Positions 17,691 to 27,464 of a stretch of DNA of 46,288 bases are shown here, piece after piece; position 1 is the first letter of the stretch, and each line of letters opens with the position of its first letter. This DNA is from an uncultured Woeseiaceae bacterium (lineage in GTDB: Bacteria; Pseudomonadota; Gammaproteobacteria; Steroidobacterales; Woeseiaceae). The DNA lies in the NCBI GenBank assembly GCA_964421805.1, contig CAYQZN010000001.1, forward strand, positions 1 through 46,288, read 5' to 3'. A program made the position numbers and the translations under genes. The notes under the pieces are model-generated. The model searched no databases and was not told the DNA's origin. It was given only the letters and a program-made list of their open reading frames with translations.

Positions 17691-18650
17691 TCAGAGGCCC
17701 TTGTAGGAGCGATATTCGTCCCAGAGCCGCTCGCGCAGCTCCGGGTCTTCCTCGGCCAGCGCGGCCTCCCGCAGCTGCTTGGCGACGATATCGTCGTCGA
17801 CGCCCGTCGGGATATCCTCCGGGGTGCGATCGCCGATCTGCTCCTTGCTGAGCTGATCCACCGAACCGGGCTCCTGGCGCATGCTGCCGCCGGCGCCGCC
17901 CGCGGAGTTGTTCACGACGCCCACCGTGCCGCCGGTGCCTTCGCCGGCCTCGCCCGCCTGCTCGCCCAGGCCGACGCCGCCGCCCTGGCCGCCGCCGCCG
18001 CGCTCGAAGGCGCCGGTGTCGCGGCTCACCTCGGCCACCTTCTGCTGTTCCTCCAGCAGCGAGTCGTCGAAGTCGCCCAGGGAGCGCTCGAACTCCTCGT
18101 CCAGGGAACCCTGGCCGCCGCCGGGTACGTCTGTCATGCCGCCCGGTCCCGAGTCGCGTTCGCCCACGGAGCCGACGCTGCCGTAGGCGCCGCCTTCGCC
18201 AGTGGTCGCGCTGCCGCCTTCGCTACCGGCGCCGTCCTGGCCGCCGGCGGCGTCGCCCGACGTCCCGCCGGACGCCCCGCCCGACGAATCGCCGCCAGGC
18301 ATCCCGCCCGATATGCCCCCGGGCATCTGGCCCGACTGGCTGCCTTCGCTACCGGGCATACCGCCGGGCATCCCGCCCGTGGATCCGCTCGGCGAACCAC
18401 CGGCCGGAGCGCCGGTGCTGCTGCCCGTCGATCCGGAAGGCGATCCGCTCGTCGAGCCTGAGGGCGATCCCGCGGAGCCGCTGCTCGGGCTGCCCGTGCT
18501 CGAGCTCGGGCTGCCGGAGCTGCTGCTGGGGCTGCCGGAGCTGCTGCTCGACGAGGTAGAGGCGCAGCCGCCCAGCATCAGGGCGGCCGCGCAGAATCCG
18601 AGGACCATCAATCCGGCCGCTCGTGGGTTCGGGTGTCGCGTGCTGCTCAT
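17691..18650 (-). CDS. lipoprotein with long Ser/Gly-rich low-complexity linker and helical C-terminal motif
   Basis: ATG 18650 after GAGGGAG; lipobox LGG-C; (SSSSGSP)n and GGMPG repeats; C-terminus DDDIVAKQLREAALAEEDPELRERLWDEYRSYKGL. Confidence 0.8.
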   Translation of the reverse strand: MSSTRHPNPRAAGLMVLGFCAAALMLGGCASTSSSSSSGSPSSSSGSPSSSTGSPSSGSAGSPSGSTSGSPSGSTGSSTGAPAGGSPSGSTGGMPGGMPGSEGSQSGQMPGGISGGMPGGDSSGGASGGTSGDAAGGQDGAGSEGGSATTGEGGAYGSVGSVGERDSGPGGMTDVPGGGQGSLDEEFERSLGDFDDSLLEEQQKVAEVSRDTGAFERGGGGQGGGVGLGEQAGEAGEGTGGTVGVVNNSAGGAGGSMRQEPGSVDQLSKEQIGDRTPEDIPTGVDDDIVAKQLREAALAEEDPELRERLWDEYRSYKGL

Positions 18651-18751
18651 GTCTCCCTCTCGATTGCCCGTCCGGGCAGGCCTGCGGCGGATGCCGGCCG
18701 CGCTCGCTGCGAGCGAGCGCCTGAACGGCCTCCCGGAAGGTGGCCATAGCT

Positions 18752-18780
18752 TTCGAGGCCAAAAGCCGCCGCAGAGTTCC
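18752..18780 (-). promoter_or_regulatory. possible ECF (sigmaE/AlgU-type) promoter at head of envelope operon
   Basis: Minus strand GGAACTC-N17-TCGAA versus consensus GAACTT-N16/17-TCnnA. Confidence 0.35.
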
Positions 18781-18890
18781 CTGAGACCTATTTGCCACAG
18801 ACGGGACCCTGTATTCAATGCCGGCGGGATGCCGGCGGCCGGTTCCGGGAGGCGGCGGCGAGGCGGATTGTCGAGTTGGGGAGCAGAAGA

Positions 18891-18920
18891 GCCGCCCCGG
18901 GCGCGCCCGCCCGGGGCGGC
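18891..18920 (-). terminator. intrinsic terminator-like hairpin after Spy/CpxP gene
   Basis: GCCGCCCCGGGCG-N4-CGCCCGGGGCGGC followed by TCTTCT on the minus strand, 6 bp past the stop. Confidence 0.7.
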
Positions 18921-18926
18921 AGAGGG

Positions 18927-19520
18927 TCAGAGGACGTCGTCCTCCTTCGCGCCTGAATCGTTCGCTTCGGGACCGGCGCCGCGGCCCTCGCCGGCACCTG
19001 CGCCGCCGGGCGCCGACGGCCGCTGGTGCTGGCGCTGCTGCAGTTTGTGCCGGCGCTGGTCCATGCGCGCCATGCGATCGGCCCGCATCTCCGTCAGCCG
19101 GGCCTGCTGGTCTTCGTCCAGCGCCGCCATGATGTCGGCGTGGGTCTCGCTGCGCAGCAGGGCCATGCGGCTGGTCAGCTCGCCCTGGCGCTGGGCCAGC
19201 GTATTGGCGAGCGTCTGATAATTCGGGTCGGCAGGGTCGAGGTTGCGCAGTTCGCGGTGATTCGCGCGCAATTGCTCGTGCAGCGTGTGGATCTGGTCGC
19301 GCCGGGACTCGAGGGCCTGTCGGACCGCCTCCCGCTGCTCGGCGCCGAGGTCCAGTTCCGCCGACATGTGAGCCAGCATCCGCGCCGGATCCGGGCCGCC
19401 ATGAGGGCCTCCGCCGTGAGGCCCTGCGAGAGCGGCTCCGGCGAAGAACAGCGCCACTAGGGCCAGGGCGTTCCGCCGTAGCGCGCGACCGGTGACTCGA
19501 CCGGGGACAATCCCTCTCAT
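18927..19520 (-). CDS. cpxP: Spy/CpxP family periplasmic chaperone
   Basis: Signal peptide ending ALA, His/Gly-rich N-terminus, LTxxQ-like motifs (LDLGAEQ, LDEDQQ); divergent from a response regulator-sensor kinase pair. Confidence 0.8.
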   Translation of the reverse strand: MRGIVPGRVTGRALRRNALALVALFFAGAALAGPHGGGPHGGPDPARMLAHMSAELDLGAEQREAVRQALESRRDQIHTLHEQLRANHRELRNLDPADPNYQTLANTLAQRQGELTSRMALLRSETHADIMAALDEDQQARLTEMRADRMARMDQRRHKLQQRQHQRPSAPGGAGAGEGRGAGPEANDSGAKEDDVL

Positions 19521-19605
19521 GTCAGCCTCCTTTCCCGTCCGGGGGGAGTGATTTCTGCCACGCCTCCAGAGTAGACCCTGTAGTGCGAAGTTGCGCCACG
19601 GACGT

Positions 19606-19620
19606 GCAAAGAAGTGTCAA
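19606..19620 (+). promoter_or_regulatory. CpxR-box-like direct repeat
   Basis: GCAAA-gaagt-GTCAA versus consensus GTAAA-N5-GTAAA, in the cpxP/cpxR divergent intergenic region. Confidence 0.55.
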
Positions 19621-19683
19621 GCCGCGCCCCCGGGAGACGCCCGGGGTCTTGCAGCTTCGCGGCCGGCAGCGGAGCATACGCGC

Positions 19684-20418
19684 ATGAACAGCGCAGCCGC
19701 CGACAACACGGGCCGCGACGAGGCCGACGGACGCCTGTTGCTGGTGGACGACGATGAAGAGCTCGCCACCATGCTGCAGGAGTATCTGGAACCCGAAGGG
19801 TTCGCCGTCGAGTGGGCCGGCGACGGCCCGAAGGCGCTGCAACGCCTCGACGACGCGGCCTTCGACCTGATCATACTGGACGTCATGATGCCGGGCATGA
19901 ACGGCTTCGAGGTGCTGCGGCGCATCCGTGCCGAGCGCGACACGCCGGTGCTGATGCTCACCGCGCGGGGCGACGACGTGGACCGCATCGTCGGGCTGGA
20001 GATCGGCGCGGACGACTATCTGGCGAAACCGTTCAACCCCCGCGAGCTGGTGGCCCGACTACGCGCCGTGCTGCGGCGGACGAGACCCGCCGCCGCCGAG
20101 ACGGGCCACATGAGCGCCGGCACCATCGAACTCGACCTGCGCAGCCGCCGGGCCAGCCGCGGCGGGCGCGAGCTCAGGCTCACGGGCACGGAGTTTCAGC
20201 TGCTGGGGCTGCTCGTCGCCGCCGCCGGCGAGGTGGTGAGCAAGGAGACCATCTCCCGGGAGGTACTCGGCCGGCGCCTGCAGCCCTGGGACCGTAGCGT
20301 GGACACCCACATCAGCAATCTGCGCGGCAAGCTGACCGGCGACGACCGTGGGCAGAACCCCATCCGCAACATCCGCGGCGTGGGCTACACGCTGGTCCCG
20401 GACGAGCCGGATGCCTAG
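19684..20418 (+). CDS. cpxR: OmpR-family response regulator (CpxR-like)
   Basis: LLVDDD, LDVMMP, LTARG, GADDYLAKPFNPREL, winged helix DRSVDTHISNLRGKL..IRGVGY; context. Confidence 0.85.
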   Translation: MNSAAADNTGRDEADGRLLLVDDDEELATMLQEYLEPEGFAVEWAGDGPKALQRLDDAAFDLIILDVMMPGMNGFEVLRRIRAERDTPVLMLTARGDDVDRIVGLEIGADDYLAKPFNPRELVARLRAVLRRTRPAAAETGHMSAGTIELDLRSRRASRGGRELRLTGTEFQLLGLLVAAAGEVVSKETISREVLGRRLQPWDRSVDTHISNLRGKLTGDDRGQNPIRNIRGVGYTLVPDEPDA

Positions 20419-21772
20419 CCTGTTCCTGCGCATCTTCCTCGGCTTCTGGCTGGTCATCGGCGTGCTCCTCGCAGCGGCCATCCTGGTCGTCTGGCAGGTG
20501 GCGGAGCAGCGGCGCGAAGCCTGGCAGCAGTTCGACCCGCGTGCCGTGCACATCGAGGCCTCCCAGGTACTCTCGGGCGGTGGCCCCGAGGCCCTGCGGG
20601 AATGGCTCGAGGACGGTGCCGGACTGCCGCCGGAGCTGCGGCTGTTCGTGCTTCTGGAAGATGGCCGGGACATCCTGGGGCGGCCCCTGCCCGAGGTGCT
20701 GGTGGCCGAGCTCGCGCGCCTGCGCGCCGTGGCGGAACAGCTGAACAGGCCGCGTGCCCTGCCGCCGAACTTCCGCCCGGCAAGACCCATCCCCCAGATC
20801 ATCGGCCCGGACGACCGGGTCTACAGCCTGTTCCTGTTCCGCCGTCCGGGTGCCGCGCTGCGCCTGTTGCCGGATCTCCCCGTGCGGGTGACGCTGGTGC
20901 TGTTCGCGCTGGCGGTCAGCGCCGGCGTGGCCTGGCTGCTGGCCCGCACCCTGTCACGGCCCGTGAAGAGCCTGCGCGACGCCACCCGCGCGCTGGCGGA
21001 TGGCAACCTGGATACCCGCGTGAGCGGGCCCATCGTGGTTCGCCGGGACGAGCTCGGCAGCCTCGCGCGGGACTTCAACGACATGGCCGCACAGCTGGAG
21101 GCCTCTCAGCGTTCCCAGCGCGAGCTGCTGCGCAACGTCTCCCACGAACTGCGCTCGCCGCTGGCGCGCATGCGGGTGGCACTGGGCCTCGCCCAGCGCG
21201 ACGCCGGCGAGCTGCCGGCGCTGGCGCGCATCGAGAAGGAGTCGGATCGGCTCGACTGGCTCATCGGCGAGATCATGGACTTCGCCCGGGCCGATTCCGG
21301 CCGCGGGCCCCGCAGCGAAGAATTCGATATGACGGCGATGCTGCGCGAGCTGGTCCGCGACACGCGTTTCGAGGGCGGCGACGACGGCCCGCGCATCGAG
21401 CTGGAGGCGCCGCCCGGCGTCACCGTCCGCGCCCAGCGGGCGTCGCTGGCAAGCGCCGTGGAGAACGTGCTGCGCAATGCGGCCCATCATGCCGAGCAGC
21501 GCGTCGAGGTGCGGCTGAGCCGCGAGCCGGAAGGCCTGGCCGTCACCATCGCCGACGACGGCGGCGGCGTCCCCGACGAGGAACTCGGCCTGCTGTTCGA
21601 GCCGTTCTATCGCGGCGACAAGGTGGGCACCGCCGGACTGGGGCTCGCCATCGCACGGCGGGTGACCGAGCTGCACGCGGGCAGCATCGTCGCACGGAAC
21701 CGGGAAGACGGCGGGTTGCAGGTAACCATCACGCTGCCCGCTGCGGTGCTGGCGGCTCAGAGACCGAGCTGA
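20411..21772 (+). CDS. cpxA: HAMP sensor histidine kinase (CpxA-like)
   Basis: SLFLRIFLGFW N-terminus, two TMs, HAMP (DELGSLARDFNDM), H-box SHELRSPL, N-box ENVLRNA, DDGGG, FEPFYR, GLGLAI. Confidence 0.85.
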   Translation: MPSLFLRIFLGFWLVIGVLLAAAILVVWQVAEQRREAWQQFDPRAVHIEASQVLSGGGPEALREWLEDGAGLPPELRLFVLLEDGRDILGRPLPEVLVAELARLRAVAEQLNRPRALPPNFRPARPIPQIIGPDDRVYSLFLFRRPGAALRLLPDLPVRVTLVLFALAVSAGVAWLLARTLSRPVKSLRDATRALADGNLDTRVSGPIVVRRDELGSLARDFNDMAAQLEASQRSQRELLRNVSHELRSPLARMRVALGLAQRDAGELPALARIEKESDRLDWLIGEIMDFARADSGRGPRSEEFDMTAMLRELVRDTRFEGGDDGPRIELEAPPGVTVRAQRASLASAVENVLRNAAHHAEQRVEVRLSREPEGLAVTIADDGGGVPDEELGLLFEPFYRGDKVGTAGLGLAIARRVTELHAGSIVARNREDGGLQVTITLPAAVLAAQRPS

Positions 21773-22926
21773 CGCGCGGCCAGGTCGCGCATGATCTCCT
21801 CGGAACCGCCGCCGATGGCGTTGACCCGCACCTCCCGGTAGATACGCTCGATGCGGCTGCCGCGGAGATAACCGGCGCCGCCCAGAATCTGCATCGCCTC
21901 CCGGGCGCAGTACTCCATCGTCAGCGTGGCCTGCACCTTCAGCATGGCCAGGTCCGCCGCAGGGGCCTCGCCCCGGTCGACGCGCCAGGTACAGTGCTCG
22001 AGATAGGCCTGGGTGGCGTTCACCTGCCGCAGCATCTCCACCAGTTTGTGGCGGATGACCTGGTGGTCGGCAAGACGGCGGCCGAAGGTGTGACGCTGGC
22101 GCGCCCAGGCGAGCGCATCCTCCGCGCAGACCCGCGCCGAGGCGTTGGCACCGGCCGCCATCGCCAGCCGCTCGCCGTTGAAGTTCTTCATGATCAGGGC
22201 GAACCCGGCGCCCTCGGTGCCGATCAGATGATCCCGCGGCACGCGCACGCCGTCGAAATGGATGGTGGCGGTATCGGACGACCACCAGCCCTGCTTGCGG
22301 TCCAGCTCCGTGCGGCTCACGCCGTCCGCGTCGGCCGGGATCAGCAGCAGCGAGATGCCGTCGTAGCCCTCGCCGGTGCGCACGGCGGTGGTGAAGTAGT
22401 CCGCCCGCATGCCGCCGGTGATGAAGGTCTTCTCGCCGTCCACCACGTAGTGATCGCCCTCGGCCACGGCCCGGGTGCGGATGGCCGCCACGTCGGAGCC
22501 GCCGCCCGGCTCCGTGATGGCCAGCGACATGTGCCGTTCTCCGGCGAGTACCGGCGGTGCGATCGCCGCCCGCAGCGGCTCGGGGCCGCCTGCCAGCAGC
22601 GGCGGCAGGGCGATGCCGTGCACCATCAGGCTCGCGTTGACGCCACCCGCGCCGCTGCGGGCCAGCTCCTCGGAGACGATCAGGCGATGGAAGCCGTCGA
22701 TACCCTCGGAGACGCCGCCGTAGCGTTCCGGGTAGCCGACCTGCAGCAGGCCGAACTCCGCCGCGTCGTGGAACAGGGACTCCGGGATGCGGCCCGCCTC
22801 TTCCCAGTCGTCCACGAAGGGCATGATCTTGTCGTCGACGAAGCGGCGCACCTGACGGCGCCACTCCTCGTGGCTCTCCGTCAGCCAGGGGCACGGCGGT
22901 CGGGGCAGTTCGTTATCCGTCGGCAT
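21757..22926 (-). CDS. acyl-CoA dehydrogenase
   Basis: SLAITEPGGGSDVA, GEKTFITGG, RHTFGRRL, MQILGGAGY, IGGGSEEIM. Confidence 0.95.
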   Translation of the reverse strand: MPTDNELPRPPCPWLTESHEEWRRQVRRFVDDKIMPFVDDWEEAGRIPESLFHDAAEFGLLQVGYPERYGGVSEGIDGFHRLIVSEELARSGAGGVNASLMVHGIALPPLLAGGPEPLRAAIAPPVLAGERHMSLAITEPGGGSDVAAIRTRAVAEGDHYVVDGEKTFITGGMRADYFTTAVRTGEGYDGISLLLIPADADGVSRTELDRKQGWWSSDTATIHFDGVRVPRDHLIGTEGAGFALIMKNFNGERLAMAAGANASARVCAEDALAWARQRHTFGRRLADHQVIRHKLVEMLRQVNATQAYLEHCTWRVDRGEAPAADLAMLKVQATLTMEYCAREAMQILGGAGYLRGSRIERIYREVRVNAIGGGSEEIMRDLAARQLGL

Positions 22927-23830
22927 CGTCGTCAGCTTCCTCCTTTGGCGTTTCGTTCGCCGCATCTCCTTCCGGAGCCCCTGCGTCGTCTTCCGCGCCG
23001 GGCTTGCGGAACAGGATGATGCTGAGATCGTCGGGCTTGCTCGGCGTGGGCGCCTCGGGCGTCAGCATGCGCTCGCGGGCATACGCGGACAGCTGTTCCA
23101 GCGTCTCCGCCGCCGGGCCTTTGCGGGCGATCTCCACGATCTCGGCCAGGTGGAGGTTGTCGGTCAGCCCGTCGCTCGCGAGCAGCAGCGTATCCCGGGG
23201 AGCCAGCTCCAGTTCGGCCCCCACCTCGATGCGCATGTCGGCCGTGCCGAGGAAGTTGAACACCAGGTTGCGCTCGGCGTGGTAGAGCGCCTCCACCTCG
23301 TCGAGGAACCCCGCCTCCACGGCGAAGGCCACCGGCGTATGGGCGATGGTCTGCATCTTGAGCCGGCCGCGCTGGCCCGTCACCAGCGCCGCCGAGTCAC
23401 CTACGTGGTACGGGCGCACCAGCCGTCCCTCCACGGAGACGACGGTCAGCGTGGTCGCCGAACCGTTGGCCAGTGCCATCACCGCCGCGTTGGCTTCCTC
23501 CATGGCGTTCAGTATGGCCGTGCGCAGCATCACCGCGGGGTCGCTGACCGCCTTCAGCGACTCGATGACGGTGCGGATCGCCGTGCGCGAGGCCCGCTGC
23601 CCGGCCGGCAGACCGCCGGCGCCGTCCGCGACGGCGAGCACCACCATGTCTTCGGCCAGCGGGATCACGGCGAGCGTGTCCTCGTTGCCGGTCTCCTTGT
23701 CCGGGCTGCGGCGGCAATAGACCACGGCTTCGCCGCCGGCTGCCTGCGCCGTCAGTATCTCGCCGGAGTCCTCTTCCACCGGCAATACGAGGGGCTCTTC
23801 CGGGGTGCCCCATGCCCGCGCCTCAGCCAT
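22913..23830 (-). CDS. PP2C/PPM-family Ser/Thr protein phosphatase
   Basis: NED, VADGAGG, HVGDS, LLLASDGL, KPDDLS: metal-binding aspartates all present. Confidence 0.9.
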   Translation of the reverse strand: MAEARAWGTPEEPLVLPVEEDSGEILTAQAAGGEAVVYCRRSPDKETGNEDTLAVIPLAEDMVVLAVADGAGGLPAGQRASRTAIRTVIESLKAVSDPAVMLRTAILNAMEEANAAVMALANGSATTLTVVSVEGRLVRPYHVGDSAALVTGQRGRLKMQTIAHTPVAFAVEAGFLDEVEALYHAERNLVFNFLGTADMRIEVGAELELAPRDTLLLASDGLTDNLHLAEIVEIARKGPAAETLEQLSAYARERMLTPEAPTPSKPDDLSIILFRKPGAEDDAGAPEGDAANETPKEEADDDADG

Positions 23831-25136
23831 TCCTGCGGCGCCGGCCCCGCGCCCGGCCGGAGACCGGCTGCCGGCACCAGGCACAGTAATTCCAGAATTC
23901 CGCCGCGATGCCCCAGCCGCAGGAGCTGCAGCACCGGTCGGAGCCGGGCAGCGCCCACTTGCGCTTCACCTTGGCGCGGCACCAGGGGCAGTAACGCATG
24001 AACGGCATCAGCGGCCCGCCGCAGCGCTTGTTGGCGCAGCGGGCCGTGTAGCGGCGGTCGCTGTAGCGCCGGTTGGTTTCCTTCTCGAAGCCGGGACCGT
24101 AGCACCAGGCGCAATAGTCCCAGTCCAGCTTCACGCCGCGCTCGCAGCGGGGGCAATGGGCCGGGAACGTGCGCGTTTCGCCGGCGGCCGGGTTGTCGGC
24201 ACCGCACCAGGGACAGGCCTGCATCACCTCGGCCACCGGGCCCTCGCAGCGCCGGCATTGATGACGCGTGTCCAGCACCTTGCGGTAGCGGCTCTGGAAC
24301 TCGCGCCACTGCACCCGCTTCCAGACCGGGCCTTCCACCTTCGGACTGCTGCGCCGGCGCTGACGGCGCGCGCGGCTGCGCGCCCGCTCGAACTCAGATC
24401 GCATCTGCACCGCGTCGCGGGTGCGCGCGGAGATGTCCACCTGCATGGCCCGGCGCAGCACTTCCAGCAGGTCGCCGCTGGCATTCTGGCGGGCCCGCTC
24501 GATGCCGGGCGGCGGCCAGTCGAACGGCCACTCCGGCAGGCGGCCGGAGAACAGCTGGTAGAGCACCAGGCCCAGCGAGAAGACGTCGGACTGGAACTTC
24601 GGCCTGCCCATGGCCTGCTCGGGAGCAATGTAGTCGATCGTGCCGGAACCCGATGCCTTCAGCGTGCGCAGGTTCAATTTGGCGAAACCGAAGTCGGACA
24701 GCCGCAGCCGATTGCCGGGGAAGATGATGAAATTCTCCGGCTTGATGTCGCAGTGTATGACCCGGTGCTCGTGCGCGTGAGCCACGGCTGCCAGTGCCTG
24801 GGAGGCGAAGTCCATGCGCAGGCTCTGGGACATGCGCCTGACCAGGCGGTCCGCCAGGGACTCCGTGCCGAGAGGCATGGAGATGACGAAATGGTCCCCG
24901 ATGAAGGCCGCGTCGTAGACCGGCAGGATGTTCGGATGCTCGAACTTGGAGGCCATCCGCACCTCGTGCAGGAAGTCCTCGACGGCGGAGAGACTCCTGG
25001 CCGTGGTCAGTGGCACCTTCAGCGCGACGTGAGCCGAGCGCACGGTGTCATACGCCTGGTACACATTGGCGAGCGGCCCCTTCGACAGGCAGCGGACGAT
25101 GCGGTACTTACCGAGTTTCTGTCGCGCACGGAGCAA
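23823..25136 (-). CDS. cytoplasmic Ser/Thr kinase with four C-terminal zinc ribbons
   Basis: VALK, HEV, HPNILP, HCDIKPEN, DFG, GTIDYIAPE, SDVFSLG; eight CxxC-type pairs at C-terminus; no TM. Start uncertain (TTG 25136 after a G-rich RBS; ORF open to 25241). Confidence 0.88.
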   Translation of the reverse strand: MLRARQKLGKYRIVRCLSKGPLANVYQAYDTVRSAHVALKVPLTTARSLSAVEDFLHEVRMASKFEHPNILPVYDAAFIGDHFVISMPLGTESLADRLVRRMSQSLRMDFASQALAAVAHAHEHRVIHCDIKPENFIIFPGNRLRLSDFGFAKLNLRTLKASGSGTIDYIAPEQAMGRPKFQSDVFSLGLVLYQLFSGRLPEWPFDWPPPGIERARQNASGDLLEVLRRAMQVDISARTRDAVQMRSEFERARSRARRQRRRSSPKVEGPVWKRVQWREFQSRYRKVLDTRHQCRRCEGPVAEVMQACPWCGADNPAAGETRTFPAHCPRCERGVKLDWDYCAWCYGPGFEKETNRRYSDRRYTARCANKRCGGPLMPFMRYCPWCRAKVKRKWALPGSDRCCSSCGWGIAAEFWNYCAWCRQPVSGRARGRRRRNG

Positions 25137-25259
25137 TGCGTGCCGGTCCCCCCTGCTGGCCGGCCATCCGGCCGGATGTCGGTACGCTCCGGGAACCGGA
25201 GCGCCGGAGACGATAATTGGGCCTTGGCCGGGAGCCGTCAAGTCGGGGTACGCCGCAGC

Positions 25260-26441
25260 TCAGAGCACCTCGAACAGTCCGGCCGCCCCCATGCCGCCGC
25301 CGATGCACATCGTGCAGACGACGTAGCGGGCGCCGCGCCGGCGCCCCTCGATCAGCGCATGGCCCACCATGCGGGCGCCGGACATGCCGTAGGGGTGCCC
25401 GATGGAGATCGAGCCGCCGTTGACGTTCAGGAGCTCGTTCGGGATGCCCAGCTTGTCGCGGCAGTAGATCACCTGCACGGCGAAAGCCTCGTTGAGCTCC
25501 CACAGGCCGATGTCGTCCGGCTTCAGGCCCGTGCGCTCGAGGAGTTTCGGCACGGCGAAGACGGGGCCGATGCCCATTTCGTCCGGCTCGGTGCCGGCCA
25601 CGGCGATGCCGCGGTAGATGCCCAGCGGCTCCAGCCCGCGCTTCTCGGCGAGCTTGGAGTCCATCACCACGCAGGCGGAGGCGCCGTCGGAGAGCTGGCT
25701 CGCGTTGCCCGCGGTGATCACGCCGCCCTCGAAAACAGGGCTGAGGCCCGCCAGGCCTTCGGCGGTGGTGCCGGGCCGATTGCCCTCGTCCTGCTCCAGG
25801 GTGACCTCCTCGAAGCTGATCTCCTTCGTCTCCTTGTCCATCACCCCCTTGGTCGTGGTCATCGGGACTATCTCGTCGTCGAAGGCCCCGGCCTCCTGGC
25901 CGGCGGCGGTGCGCATCTGGCTCTGCAGGCCGTACTCGTCCTGCTGCTCCCGGCTGATGCCGTAGCGCTTCGCCACCACCTCGGCGGTCTCGAGCATGGA
26001 CATGTAGATGTGCTCGCTGGCGGCGGTCACGTTCGGATCCTTCGCACGGTAGGTGTTCATGTGCTCGTTCTGGACCAGGCTGATGGACTCGAGTCCGCCG
26101 CCCACCACGATGGGCATGTTGTCCTGCAGCACCTGCTTCGCAGCAATGGCAATCGCCATCATGCCGGACGAACACTGCCGATCCACGGACATGCCGCTGA
26201 CCGTCTCGGGCAGACCGGCGGCCAGCAGTGCCTGGCGGGCGACGTTCTGACCGCTGGAGCCCTGCTGCATGGCGCAGCCCATGATCACGTCATCCACTTC
26301 GGCGGGGTCGACGCCGGCCCGCTTCACCGCCTCGCGGATGGGATGGGCCGCCAGCGTCTGGGCCTGAGTGTTGTTGAAAGCGCCCCGGTAGGCCTTGCCG
26401 ATGGGCGTGCGCGCCGTGGATACGATTACCGCTTCTTTCAC
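25260..26441 (-). CDS. thiolase (acetyl-CoA C-acyltransferase)
   Basis: [31 protein letters not shown]; GTG start after GGGAGA. Confidence 0.95.
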   Translation of the reverse strand: MKEAVIVSTARTPIGKAYRGAFNNTQAQTLAAHPIREAVKRAGVDPAEVDDVIMGCAMQQGSSGQNVARQALLAAGLPETVSGMSVDRQCSSGMMAIAIAAKQVLQDNMPIVVGGGLESISLVQNEHMNTYRAKDPNVTAASEHIYMSMLETAEVVAKRYGISREQQDEYGLQSQMRTAAGQEAGAFDDEIVPMTTTKGVMDKETKEISFEEVTLEQDEGNRPGTTAEGLAGLSPVFEGGVITAGNASQLSDGASACVVMDSKLAEKRGLEPLGIYRGIAVAGTEPDEMGIGPVFAVPKLLERTGLKPDDIGLWELNEAFAVQVIYCRDKLGIPNELLNVNGGSISIGHPYGMSGARMVGHALIEGRRRGARYVVCTMCIGGGMGAAGLFEVL

Positions 26442-26509
26442 TGCTGTTCTCCCGGCGGGCGCTCGCGCCCGCCTTGTCCGCCTTGTCAATGCTCCGTGAG
26501 ACCGGGCGC

Positions 26510-27430
26510 TCAGCCCGTCTTGATGCCCAGTTCCTTCGCCGCGCGGGTGAGGAACTTCATGCTCTGGCCGCTGCCGTCCTGGTATTCCTCGGCACCGGTC
26601 TTGTCCGCGATCCTGTCCCAGTTCGCGGCCACGTGATCGGCGTCGCGCTCGTCGGGCGCCAGCCAGATGCCCGGCGTCTCCTCCAGGTACACGCGGGCAT
26701 AGCCGCCCGCGCCGGCCGAGATGATCTGCCGGCTCGGCGCATCCGGGCTCACCATGAACACCACGGCGGGCGTGACGTATTCCGGCTGCAGCAGTGCCAG
26801 CGCCTCTTCCGGCATGAGGCCCTCGGTCATGCGCGTGGCCGCGACCGGCGCCAGGCAGTTCACGCGTATGTCGTATTTCTGGCCCTCCAGATGCAGCGTG
26901 TTCATGAAGCCCACCACGCCGAGCTTGGCCGCGCCGTAGTTCGCCTGGCCGAAATTGCCGTACAGTCCGGTGGACGACGTGGTCATGACGATGCGCCCGT
27001 ATTTCTGCTCGCGCATGACCTCCCACACCGCCTTGGTGCAGTTCACCGAGCCCATGAGATGCACGTCGACGACGAGCTGAAAGTCCTCCAGGCTCGCCTT
27101 CACGAAGCTCTTGTCGCGCAGGATTCCGGCGTTGTTCACAAGCACGTCCACGCGGCCCCACTTGTCCACGGCCGCCGCCACCATGGCCCGGACCTGCTCG
27201 TAGTCGGCCACGTTGGCGCCGTTGGCGATGGCCTCGCCGCCGGCCGCCTCGATCTCGCCCACCACGGCCTCGGCGGCTTCGCTGGAACCGCCGCTGCCGT
27301 CCCGGGCGCCGCCCAGGTCGTTCACCACCACCTTCGCACCGCGGCGGGCGAGTTCCAGGGCATGACAGCGCCCCAGGCCGCCGCCGGCGCCCGTCACGAT
27401 AGCCACCTGATCGTCGAATCGGATCGTCAC
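26510..27430 (-). CDS. SDR oxidoreductase (MFE-2-like 3-hydroxyacyl-CoA dehydrogenase type)
   Basis: [36 protein letters not shown]. Confidence 0.9.
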   Translation of the reverse strand: MTIRFDDQVAIVTGAGGGLGRCHALELARRGAKVVVNDLGGARDGSGGSSEAAEAVVGEIEAAGGEAIANGANVADYEQVRAMVAAAVDKWGRVDVLVNNAGILRDKSFVKASLEDFQLVVDVHLMGSVNCTKAVWEVMREQKYGRIVMTTSSTGLYGNFGQANYGAAKLGVVGFMNTLHLEGQKYDIRVNCLAPVAATRMTEGLMPEEALALLQPEYVTPAVVFMVSPDAPSRQIISAGAGGYARVYLEETPGIWLAPDERDADHVAANWDRIADKTGAEEYQDGSGQSMKFLTRAAKELGIKTG

Positions 27431-27464
27431 TTCAGCCTCCCTCGGTCAATCTGTCGTCGCGGCT

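Noticed and set aside
18300-18560. Tandem repeat array possibly CRISPR or VNTR
   Set aside because: In-frame coding repeats for the Ser/Gly/Pro linker; no repeat-spacer structure and no cas genes
21757-21772. Convergent 16-bp overlap of sensor kinase and acyl-CoA dehydrogenase 3' ends as antisense regulation
   Set aside because: Short convergent overlaps are common in compact GC-rich genomes; no further evidence
8879-25136. Type VI secretion locus (PpkA/PppA/Fha/TagR-like parts)
   Set aside because: No TssB/C, Hcp, VgrG, TssJLM, baseplate or ClpV genes in the window; only the regulatory-type domains are shared
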